Shown here one piece after another: positions 10,218 to 20,004 of a stretch of 64,000 nt of DNA. The notes under the pieces are model-generated. The model had not been told where the DNA came from. It saw only the letters and a list, made by a program, of their open reading frames with translations, and did no database searches. The stretch's first letter is position 1. Each line of letters begins with the position of its first letter. Made by a program: the position numbers and the translations under genes. The stretch lies in NCBI GenBank assembly GCA_000091205.1, contig AP006501.2; one strand, written 5' to 3'. The DNA is from Cyanidioschyzon merolae (taxonomy: Eukaryota).

Positions 10218-10853
10218 TCATGAAACTTGCTCATGGAGAATTTGGTCAACCATCCAGTACAAACGCGGACGGCGTGGTGCACGTGGAGCGCCTGGCAACG
10301 CTCGGCGGCTGAGGCAAAACCTGAAAACGGCAACGTCGTCCACGCTCGAGAGAACCTGGATACGGCAGTGGTAGAGGTATGGGGTGACTCGCATTGAGCT
10401 AAGCACGCATCGACTCTTGTGACGGAGCAGCGCGGAATACGGCCTCGCCATCATGATGCGCTTAAAGCGTTCAAACTGACCCAAATCAATGCGCTTTCCG
10501 AAGAACTCATTCTTGATCGACCAGACGTCAAAGTTCGCAAAGGCATACAACGCTTCAATACCCTCATCACACTCCTGCGCGGTGGTGAGTGCCTGTCGAC
10601 GCGAGAGACCTTCCAGTAAGTGCTCCACAGTTTGTTCAGCGGAAAGCTGTGCATAAAGCGCAACGGTATCACGCCAGCGAAGCGAGTCGCCCCCGGCCGG
10701 TCGAGGTGCACACGCGTCGAGCTTGGCGGGACCTGCACCCCGGCGCGCGTTTGCGAGGCGAAGCCGTTCACAGCGCGTTACCCGCACTGCTTTGGCTGGG
10801 TAACGCAAATAATTCAGACCCAAAGAAGGACTAGAAGCAAGTGATACCAGCAT
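10218..10853 (-). CDS. hypothetical protein
   Basis: 211-aa ORF with an ATG start; no recognisable motif. Confidence 0.2.
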   Translation of the reverse strand: MLVSLASSPSLGLNYLRYPAKAVRVTRCERLRLANARRGAGPAKLDACAPRPAGGDSLRWRDTVALYAQLSAEQTVEHLLEGLSRRQALTTAQECDEGIEALYAFANFDVWSIKNEFFGKRIDLGQFERFKRIMMARPYSALLRHKSRCVLSSMRVTPYLYHCRIQVLSSVDDVAVFRFCLSRRALPGAPRAPRRPRLYWMVDQILHEQVS

Positions 10854-11431
10854 TGATGGCGGTTCACGCCTCCAACAGGCACCCTTTTGGAGTCGACCTC
10901 AGTGCAGCAGCGTAGCGGTACCTGGGGGGGAGAATTCGCTGCACCCCACACAGGATTCCGTTGCGCGAGCTGTGCACGCACTTTGGCGAGCATTCGCGCT
11001 ACCTCGATGGCCAGCGCGCGCAACCGAAAGCGCAGCAGCGCCTCTGGCACGAATGGCGCCACCAAACTGCCTTCCGCAGCTTGCATGGTGGATGGTGTCG
11101 GATTGTCCAGGTTATGCGCTTATGCTAATGTGCGCGACGCGCATCGGCATCAAGGGTACCTTCTGGGCGCAAGGTCCAGCGAATCGGATACGCATACGGG
11201 GCCAGTGCGCTTTCTGCGCCTACCCACTGTGGTGGGTGTCAAGCACAAACCCGCATTGCCAACCGACAACAGCGCATTCCATGCATGATCACGAAGGAGA
11301 GCGGCGGCTCCCAGCATTCATCCTAACAGCCAAGTTTCTCCAGCGTGTCGTTCAGCAAAGGCAAGCCTGCATCCGCAGACTGTCCGAGCACATACCGACG
11401 ACGAGACCCGATTCTACGTCGGGTGAAGCAC

Positions 11432-11750
11432 GCCTCAAGCCGACGCCCTCTCGGGTATAGAAAAGCTGTTCTAGCTCTATGAACTATCTGCTCTAGCATT
11501 TAAGGTCCAAAGGCGGATACGGAACGGCAGGCACTAGGCACACCCGATGGGACGTATGAAACGGCCGGAATATCCGAGAAGAGGTATCGGTAATGTAACT
11601 TGGAGGTTCGGGGGTTTGATGGACACCTTACCGCCCACTGAAAAAAACCACAAAAAAAGTAAGAAACAAATGCGCTTAATCGGAGAACGCTGGCCGAAGT
11701 AAACGTGTTGTCAGTGAAAAAAATCCGAACGTGCTGCTGTGGTGGCATAT
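11432..11750 (+). repeat. dispersed ~320-bp repeat R1, copy 1
   Basis: Colinear with 18490-18808 at ~80% identity, from agccgacgccct...ctagctctatgaactatctgct through an A-rich tract to gctgctgtggtgg. Followed by an AT-rich 50-bp patch. Confidence 0.7.
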
Positions 11751-12049
11751 AGATACCTAATGATATATTTATCAATATTTATAGTACTATAGATTCATGA
11801 TGGTGCGTAAATGGAGAGGTGCATACCGTTTCGGATTGCGTGCGCGCAACTGCGCCAGCGCAGGCGGAAGAAAACGTGCGCCTGTGCGGACGCTGTCCGT
11901 TGAAGAGCAAAGGCTGGGTGTGCGGACTTGCGTATGCGCGTGTGGTATCACGAGCGTCAGACTCGAGCGCTCGTGTGACGCCAAACGTCAGCCGATGGAC
12001 TTGCAGTGAACGATAGCTGTTTGTTGGGGTTGCATACACCTCCGATGGT

Positions 12050-12475
12050 ATGGACAGTGCACCGTTGGTGCCGGTACTGAGCTCCATGGCGGCGATTCAA
12101 CAAGCACTGGCTGAGGAAACCGAGCGTCTGGTTGCCCTGCGCTTTAGCAGCGATCCAGCAGCCGTAGATTGTGTCTTCATGGACGAATTCCTGGCAAGAT
12201 CAGCAGCGCGCGTGCGGCGGTTCGCAGTGGTGTACGATGTGGACTTGCGGCAGGTTCCGCAGGCTGCGCGGCGCTTCGGCGTTGAGGCGTGGCGACCCCT
12301 GTCGCTCCAGTTCTATTATCGAAAGCGCCTCATCAAGGTGGACTGTGGTACTGGAGACACGGCGCGTCTGACCCGTCCGGTGCCGAGCGTGCAGCAGGTG
12401 GTGGACCTCTTCGAAGTCGTCTATCGACAGGCGTTGCGCGGAAAGGGTCTCGCGATGGCGCCGTTCCGACTCTAG
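12050..12475 (+). CDS. Dim1/TXNL4-family thioredoxin-like protein (U5 snRNP Dim1/DLP-like)
   Basis: 141 aa with an ATG start. Colinear with Dim1: LVALRFSSDP (cf. VVVIRFGHDWDP), RRFAVVYDVDLRQVP (cf. KNFAVIYLVDITEVP), LIKVDCGTGDTARLT (cf. HIMIDLGTGNNNKI), VVYRQALRGKGLA (cf. TVYRGARKGRGLV). Confidence 0.75.
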   Translation: MDSAPLVPVLSSMAAIQQALAEETERLVALRFSSDPAAVDCVFMDEFLARSAARVRRFAVVYDVDLRQVPQAARRFGVEAWRPLSLQFYYRKRLIKVDCGTGDTARLTRPVPSVQQVVDLFEVVYRQALRGKGLAMAPFRL

Positions 12476-13359
12476 CGCGGACTGTGGACGTATGCTGGCG
12501 GCCTCGGAGGTGTAGGATGCAAAACGTCAGCCCCGCAGCTTCAATGCATGGCGGGATTCGCTCGTGCGTCATTCGTGCAGCATTCCATATGCTTTGATGG
12601 CTGCTGCGAACGTCGACTCATGCTATGAAGCTCCCGAGATCGTAAGAATGCCAGGTCCAGGGCGCTGCATCGCCCAAGTGGACCGCAGTTGCCACTCACG
12701 AGGGAGCGTGCGTCGACCACGTATACCGAAGCGCGCGAACGCAGAAAGCTCCCCGTCTGTGGAACAGCTGGAGCCACAAGGGTGGACACGGCAGCGCGAG
12801 CCGCACCTGGCCACGAAATGTTCATGAGTGCACGGGTACGGCTCGCTGGGGAACGCCCGCTCACCGGTCTCGCGGCAACTGACATACTGCGCAAGGCGTC
12901 GTAATCACTGGCCAGTGCCTAGACGTATGTATGCATGGATACATGTGCGCGTACGTGCGCTCAAGCGTCGCTCACGCAGTCTCCTGGATACATTCGACAC
13001 CAGTCTGAGACCAAGAAAAGGCGTCATCGACTATATCAACGGGAACGATGTGCGGTACACTGCACGCAGACGGCACAGCGTGCTACCACATCGCCGTAGT
13101 GCGCGCTCAGAATGAAACCTTCGGATGCTGCGTCAAATTTTGGTGTCTGGATTTACCCCGGATACTTCAAATGCTTTGTCAGGTGCGCCTGCTTCCTATT
13201 TGTCGCACGTATCCACATTCGAGACTCGTTTCCTATTCATACTGAGAACAGCGTGCTTCTTGTCCTACCATGCATCAATCGGCAGTGTAGATGCGCGTGC
13301 ACCTTCCTCGGCTTCCGTTCGGGCTCGGAGCCCGTCAGCGGCACTCATGCAGGGTAGCG

Positions 13360-14310
13360 CTACCACCATCGCTGCTGGTCATACACAGCCAGTTGCTCCT
13401 GTGGGCGAACTGGATTTATATCGCACCACGGGATCGCAAACTGACCCAGGCTCGACGGTGACAGCTCCGGTGCCTCGCGGGCGATGAGCTCCAAAATGGC
13501 ATCGTAAACGAAGCGCTGACCTCGATCACTCAGGTGAAGTCCATCGATGAAGAGGCCGGAACGTTCCGCTGGAGGCAGCTGCTCGATTTGCGTAAAGAGA
13601 TCTAGGAGCAAGACTCGATCTCGGGGTCGAATCTGCGCAGCAACACGGCGACAAGCAGCCGCGTACTGTCTAGTTCGTGCACACATACGATCAGACTCAG
13701 TTCGTTGACCTGAGTCCGATGGCTGGTGGGCGTCGGGCGCAGCGCGCTCCGCTGCGAGACTGCTTTGGATATGGCGCCGCCGAGCTTCCTCGTCTACCCA
13801 CGGTGGCGTCATCAGCAGAACACGAGGGTATCGAACAGACTCTATCTCATTCGCCTCCGATGCATCAGGTGCCGGTGCCGCTGCGAGCGACGGTGGCGTT
13901 CGACCGTGCTGCTGCCGCTGTGGACGCCTCTCGCTGGTCAGGGTCAGGGATGCGTCGTGCGAGCGCTCCAGTATGAGCCGAAGCATCTCGTAAACATTGC
14001 TTGCGTATTCATCCAGTGGAACGTACTGTGCAGTACCGGGTGCTGCGGCATCATTCGCTCCAAACCAGATCCCAACGAGCAGCAGACGCTCCTGTGCCAC
14101 ATCCGACAGGTGATGCCGGACCACTGGCAGCGCCCACCGCGTGTTATAACCCGACAGACCACGAAAGATGCAGTCCGCCGCACCGTTATATGCGTGAACG
14201 AGTCGCAGACCCCAGCCAACGGAGGTGTATCCAGCGTATTCGTTGATATCGAGGCCGCGACGTGTCAGCGAGTCACCCAGAAATAGCAGCACTGGAGTGG
14301 CAGCGGCCAT
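13360..14310 (-). CDS. SGNH/GDSL hydrolase, IAH1-like esterase
   Basis: LLFLGDSLT (block I), GANDAA (block III), DGLHLSD (block V). The track ORF runs to 14529 but would start 12 bp from the divergent neighbour, so the in-frame ATG at 14310 (MAAATPVLLFLGDS) is preferred. Confidence 0.55.
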   Translation of the reverse strand: MAAATPVLLFLGDSLTRRGLDINEYAGYTSVGWGLRLVHAYNGAADCIFRGLSGYNTRWALPVVRHHLSDVAQERLLLVGIWFGANDAAAPGTAQYVPLDEYASNVYEMLRLILERSHDASLTLTSERRPQRQQHGRTPPSLAAAPAPDASEANEIESVRYPRVLLMTPPWVDEEARRRHIQSSLAAERAAPDAHQPSDSGQRTESDRMCARTRQYAAACRRVAAQIRPRDRVLLLDLFTQIEQLPPAERSGLFIDGLHLSDRGQRFVYDAILELIAREAPELSPSSLGQFAIPWCDINPVRPQEQLAVYDQQRWW

Positions 14311-14742
14311 CCGGCGCGCAAAGAGAGCCCGAAACTGCTCGGTAATACCGCCGTGAGCCCTGGACACGACGCCGCCCAGTGCGTTGAAGGTTCGTTGCCA
14401 GCGTAGCTGCCATGGTAAGCGCTGCTGCGAAGCTAGGGCGCTGACCGGTCGCTCCTCCGACTGGTTGAAGGTTGCCGCGTCGCGCGCTTGCGCGGGGTCT
14501 TCGACGCCCGCAGGCTGCTCGGATGCCATTAGCCCAGCTCAGTGCACTCAGTGACAAGCGTAGAATCCATAAACCGCACCAGCATAGCAGCACTCGAGTC
14601 GCTGAGCGGACAGTCGGACCTAAGGACGTTACGCTTGCAAGGCGTATGCGCTCGCACTCGACTGCAGTTGGTGCTGGCGCTGCGGCATGCCAAGCGGCAT
14701 GCGCTGCGTACCTTGCTCGAGCGCACTACGTTGAAGCAGCGC

Positions 14743-15204
14743 ATGGACGAGACTGCTTCATACGAAGTACGTGAACTATGCGAAACAGATCTTGAGCACG
14801 GGTTTCCAGAGTTGCTTGCCCAGCTTACACAGACGGGTACGCTGCCGTTGTCCTTTTGGCGCGAACGCTACCGCCTTCGCCAGCAGCTGCCGGGCACGTA
14901 CGTGACGCTGGTGGCCGTCGAAAGTGCCACAAAGCGCGTAACAGCGACAGCAACGCTGCTTATCGAGTACAAATTCACGCGAAGCTGCGGGCAAGCCGGT
15001 CACATTGAGGACGTTGTGGTTGACGCAGCGTATCGGCGGCGGAACCTGGGCTCACGCCTCGTTCGAGAGCTGTGTGCACGAGCGCGGGACCAGTTCAAGT
15101 GCTACAAGGTTACCCTGGACTGCGTCGAAGAAAACGAGGCCTTTTATGCGAAACTCGGTCTGGAGCGGAAAGGTGTCCAGATGGTGCGCTACTTCCGTAT
15201 TTGA
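14743..15204 (+). CDS. GNA1: glucosamine-6-phosphate N-acetyltransferase (GNAT family)
   Basis: GHIEDVVVDAAYRRRNLGSRLV...CYKVTLDCVEENEAFYAKLGLERKGVQM closely matches the GNA1 signature (GHIEDIVVD...GCYKIILDC...FYEKCGF...QM). Internal ATG at 14743; the track ORF starts at 14542. Confidence 0.7.
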   Translation: MDETASYEVRELCETDLEHGFPELLAQLTQTGTLPLSFWRERYRLRQQLPGTYVTLVAVESATKRVTATATLLIEYKFTRSCGQAGHIEDVVVDAAYRRRNLGSRLVRELCARARDQFKCYKVTLDCVEENEAFYAKLGLERKGVQMVRYFRI

Positions 15205-16019
15205 GGCCCTGCACTGACCCAGCATCCGGACGCAAATAACCAGTGCCGAGAGGTGTACTCGTCGTTGCTGCGACTCCTGAACTTTTCCAGACGATCTAGC
15301 ATATCGCGGATGACACTGAATGCAGGCGAGAAGCTTCCCGTGATCAAGTCTAGAATTCGCAAAACCTTTTCATTGCAAGCAGCAACATGTCATAATGTTG
15401 CACGAGTATAACCATCGGTTTTCGTATTGCAGCGCACGAGGGACGACGACCCGTCCGCCCAGGAGGCTTGCGGGCACGCTGCTGCGATCGCTGGCTCGCT
15501 CCTGGTGCTCAACGCGAGCGCCCCGGATTCTCCATATGTGTGGGATCACGAGCGTACCCAGTCGCTCGTTTCCTGGATGAAACGTGTGTGCACGAAGCCG
15601 CGCTCTCTGTGGTCGAATTCGCTACCTTAACCGTTGGCAGCGAAACCACCAGCTCGATACGTGTACTGAACTCACCGGTGTCGTGATGAAAACGCATTTT
15701 ACGAGTTTTCGAGGGTTTGTGCAAGCTCGCACACCCTCGACAGCAAATGCTCGTTACCGATCATGCTTCGGATCACAACATGGATACGTTCAGCGTGCTT
15801 CTACGCTAGATGCCGCCTTTCTTCATCTGGATCGCCGCTTACACATGCGGGATATTCGGCCAAGGACGCCCGCATCGCGAACCCTGATCGCTCCAACTTG
15901 GTATCATGTATGTTCAATAGAGCGAAAACGTTTCGCAACCATGTAGGTTCAATGAATACCCAGGCGCAGACGCCTCCCAGCCTGTTTTGACCAGCGGCCT
16001 GCTATCGGTTTTGATTTAC

Positions 16020-16215
16020 CCAGGTGCACCTGTAGTCTGGGAGGCTGCCCACAAAGTTGGATCGCGTCAGTTCTGCGGATCTGGCCTTCAGCACCGCACA
16101 TCGTCTGATATTGATGGTGGCGTTGAGGTCTCGGTTCTTGATCTCCTTGCGTGCAGTGCCACTGGTTGAACGCACGATTGCAAGAAGTTTTAGAACTCGT
16201 GCTCGCTGTGCCACT
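16020..16215 (-). mobile_element. solitary internal fragment of a Fanzor/TnpB-like gene (RuvC-III region)
   Basis: The minus-strand ORF encodes ...RARVLKLLAIVRSTSGTARKEIKNRDLNATINIRRCAVLKARSAELTRSNFVGSLP. This matches RAKVRGLLALVSPTTNGKKHMEFVNRDFNAAINIRKCALLEKRPPQLSRENFLGQPL from copy A. It is more diverged than the other copies. Confidence 0.55.
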
Positions 16216-16861
16216 AGAGGCTCGCCTATCCAACACCTCTTCTTCTGCTTCTTCGTCGTCGTCGCTTGTGCTTCTTCTTCGCTCGATCGTCAGCAAGAAG
16301 AGGATTTTTCGGCAGCGGACGATAACGGCCCTTCAGGATCCCCGACTTTCACGCCCATAACTTTCCCTTGCACTCCTTATTTCTTCAAATGAACACACCT
16401 TGAATGCATCAGCGCTAACCAGCGAGACAGCCTTTGATGAAACGCATCTAGGGATTGGAAAACAATTCAGGAGCATGTCAAGGACACGACGATGCGGGAA
16501 TCGCGCAGGCATCGATCGGGCGACGCAGGCGGGTGCACACGCTCCAGTTCACACTGAAACGTAGGAGCAGGCGGTTGAAAGGCCCTCGCGTGGGCAACAA
16601 CGTGCTCTGCGTTGCTTCGGTGGCGTTCATAGCAAGCTGTTCAGGTACGGGGTTTGTGAGGTCTGGCTTGGCCCAGGTGTGAGCAAGCTCTGCTCATAAA
16701 CGTTATCTGTAGTCGGTACGAAGACGATGTTCTTGAACGCAGGCTGTGTGCCACGTCGTAGTGGGCCTGGGTCTCAGGCACGCCCCGTACGAGGTCTCGG
16801 ACGTGAACGCAAGCTGCGCTGGAGCGCCCGGTTCGCGAGGCGACGAGTGGCGTTTCTTGAC

Positions 16862-17122
16862 ATGCTGGTACTTCCCAGTGATATGCTGAGTGAACTGGGA
16901 CCACAGCCAGTGAGCCCAGTCATTTGGGTTGCCTCTTTGTTGAGCACGGTCCCGTTCTTCGTCGGACTGGTAGTGTTTCTGAAGGCGATAGCGCGACAGC
17001 GATCCTGTGCGACGTGCAAGGGCTCGGGTTTGGTCGCCACCGACTCAGCGAAGCTAGAACGCTGCCCACGGTGCGGCGGTTTTCTTCCATGGCAGCACTG
17101 GTGGCGATTTTTCACAGGATGA
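16862..17122 (+). CDS. candidate small membrane protein with a DnaJ-CR-type zinc finger (CxxCxGxG)
   Basis: 86 aa from an internal ATG. Predicted TM helix VIWVASLLSTVPFFVGLVVFL followed by CATCKGSG ...(10)... CPRCGG. Weak. Confidence 0.25.
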   Translation: MLVLPSDMLSELGPQPVSPVIWVASLLSTVPFFVGLVVFLKAIARQRSCATCKGSGLVATDSAKLERCPRCGGFLPWQHWWRFFTG

Positions 17123-18489
17123 CTTGTCGCTCTGTAGACCAGGACTCAGAAAAGGATCAAGGCCCCTGGGCGTTTAGATATGCGTCTGCCCAGCATCCAA
17201 GAACAGACTTGATCGGTGAGCAACAAATGCTCGGCGATACTGCGGAGATATTCTGTGCTCCTGTCGCTTGGTGCGCACCGCTCTAGGCCGCCTGAGCGTT
17301 GCAGCGTCCAGATTGTCTGGGGCGCGCGTCAGGCACTGCTGGAAGACCCGTACCAATGCCCTGCGAGCTGGTAGGCTGACACCATCCCTGCTACAAGAAT
17401 GATGATATCAAGCATGATGCGTACCCAGCGTTTCTCTCGCTCAGACGCTAGCATGAAATATGGCTGAAACGTAGAACAAGCATGCGAATATCTCCGCGAG
17501 ATTTGCGTAAAGGAAAACGCTATGCGCTCTGACGAACCAGAATGGCACTCGAGCTGAGCATTCCCTGACGCCGTGACGGACGGTGCTCGGTGGACCAGTT
17601 CGGTACGCGATCAATGGGCAGGCAAGTCACCCATCTGGTGGTGATGTCCTTGCGTTGCGGGGTGGTCGCAGCTGCCCAAAGTGCAAAATCCACTCTGACC
17701 TGGTTTGGACTTGCTCGGAAAGGCGCTCCCACAGAGCACATGCTGTTTTGTTCTCGAGTTGCAGCAAACACCGGCGTGCTCCTGTAATTTGAGGGCAAAC
17801 GCTCCGTTGTCAGCAGTTGCCGCGCTAGCGTCACGCGGTTGCGAACGAAGGCTGGTTTCCAGTCAGGCCGATCCCGAGGCTGCCTCGCAAACTTGGTACC
17901 ACGACGAGTACGCACGATCTGAACATTCAGGCGCATTCTGGATTTCGAACCTGTCCAAGTCGGTGGTGCAGAGCAGACTACACGGACGCGCACCCACAAT
18001 GAGGCCGGCTGCCGGGAGCTCAGTCTCTCTGCTTCCGCAAATGCAGCCGCGCTGCCCTCGCCTCCCGGAGCGCCTCGCTGCCCTGTGGAACAGAGCCATG
18101 TACGCACCGGCGACGTTTCTTACGCCAAAACTTTCCGAATTGTTGACGACTATGCACAAAGTGCGCCACTGCACCCGCCACGCGGCGGCGACACGGGCAC
18201 GTCAGCCACAAAGAACCCGTAGCGTGCTTCGCCTGGATGCCTGCCGCCGGTACCTGGATATCAAGGCCTCGTCGATACCGCGCCAAGCGTTAGCGGTGCG
18301 CTTAGCACGCATCGATTCGTTCAATGGATACAGATCCAGATCCGTAATACAGTACCCAGCATGGTACATATCCTAGCGCTGGAGGAGGCGCTCACGTCTC
18401 AAGTTGTCGCGCGCCCGCTCATCATATTCAGGCAAAGCGGCCTGTAACGGCGCTGTGATCGCAAAATGCGCATACAGGAATCGCTACCC

Positions 18490-18808
18490 TCGAGCCGACG
18501 CCCTTTGTGCGGTACAGCAACGCAGCGCTAGCTCTATGAACTATCTGCTCCAGCGGTTCAGGCGCAAAGGCGGATACGGAACAGCAGGCACTAGGCACAC
18601 ACGAGAGGACGTGAGAAACGACCAGAATATCTGAGAAGAAGTATAGGTAATGTAACTCGGAGGTAGGGAATTCGGTGGATACTTCACCGCGCACTGAAAA
18701 AAAAACAGAAAAAGAAAAGAAAGGAAAAAGCGCGTAATCAGAGAACGCTGGCCTAAGTAAACGTTCTGTCAATGAAGAAAAATCGAAATCGCTGCTTGCC
18801 GGTGGGCG
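18490..18808 (+). repeat. dispersed ~320-bp repeat R1, copy 2
   Basis: See copy 1 (11432-11750). Confidence 0.7.
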
Positions 18809-19041
18809 CTCAGGCAGCGCTTCGTGGTACGCGCTGCAATCACAGCGGCGGCGTTACAGGCACGCGGCGCGCATGCAGCGCACGTCACGCTCGGGACAGC
18901 GGTTACGGTTGCGGGAATTTGAACCCGGCGCATGGATCGCGTTGTTGTTGAGCCTGCAGCCGTTGCAGCTGCGGGCGAGCGTGCGTATCGTTGCGCGTTG
19001 TATTTGCTCTCCGGCTCTTTCAAGCAGTCTCAACAGATAAC

Positions 19042-20004
19042 ATGTCTCTGCAGACACCTCCGCACTATCGTCGTCCTCAGGGAATGCGCTCACCACTTGC
19101 GTACGAAAAGGAGAATGTGCGCTTGACGCCGAACAATCTCACGCGAATGAACGAGTCTTTCGCTACGCCGTTCAAGGAGCTTGCAAACTCCCCGATGCGG
19201 CTGGAGGACAAAGCCTTGCTCGTCAAAAGGATACAGGAGGAAGCCTATAAAGCGAAGCAGCTCAAGCTCCTGAACGCTACGCTCATTTCTCGTCTGAGGG
19301 AAACCACTCTCGAGCTGGAAGGAAACAGGGAGAGGCTGCATCAAGCGGAGCAGCGCGTGACGCACCTGGACCAGCAGGTCAAGACACTGGAAGCGCAGCT
19401 CCACGACAAAGACGTGGATCTCGTCTCCGTTAGCAAACAGCTTGCACTTCAGGAGCAAGCAAATCGCGAGCTCCAGGCCTACATGCGGGAGCTGGAAGAG
19501 CTCAGGCTCGAGGTCGTTGCCTTGCGTGAGTCAAAGCAGCAGGTGCTGGTGGATATGGAAGGACTGCGTTTCGAGAAGGATCACGAAATGGAGCTACTTC
19601 AGAATGACATGGAAAAGCGCCAACAAGCTCGAGAGAGGGAGCTCGCCGAGTTACTGGAGACGGTCGCAACATTGCGGCGCGAGCAGGCACAGCTTCGGAG
19701 CACGCTTGAAACCATTGAATGCAAGAAAAATGAAGTTGCTCTTACTCTTGACCGCATGTTTGGCGAAGTCCGAGTCTACCGGGAGGCGTGTCAGCTGCGC
19801 GATCAAGAAAATCAACAGCTACGCAACAGGAACCTGGAGCTGGAAGGCGAGCGCACCCAGTTACTCTTGGAAATAGAGAGGCTTGGCAAGCAGATTGAGG
19901 CCCTGCGTATGGATCTGGAAACGACGCGTCTCAAGAGCACGTTGTATTACAAAGTTCGCAGTCTGTTGGGTAATCTATTCACTTACTTTACACGCAGTAA
20001 CTAG
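19042..20004 (+). CDS. coiled-coil protein, function unknown
   Basis: Track ORF starts at TTG (18991); first ATG at 19042. Heptad-rich, E/L/Q/R-rich sequence throughout. Confidence 0.4.
   Translation: MSLQTPPHYRRPQGMRSPLAYEKENVRLTPNNLTRMNESFATPFKELANSPMRLEDKALLVKRIQEEAYKAKQLKLLNATLISRLRETTLELEGNRERLHQAEQRVTHLDQQVKTLEAQLHDKDVDLVSVSKQLALQEQANRELQAYMRELEELRLEVVALRESKQQVLVDMEGLRFEKDHEMELLQNDMEKRQQARERELAELLETVATLRREQAQLRSTLETIECKKNEVALTLDRMFGEVRVYREACQLRDQENQQLRNRNLELEGERTQLLLEIERLGKQIEALRMDLETTRLKSTLYYKVRSLLGNLFTYFTRSN

Noticed and set aside
11432-11750. R1 repeat as a tRNA-derived SINE (copy 1 contains ggaggttcggggg, vaguely B-box-like).
   Set aside because: The B-box-like string is not conserved in copy 2 (ggaggtagggaattcgg). 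No A box or tRNA-like fold could be recognised by eye, so the class is left open.
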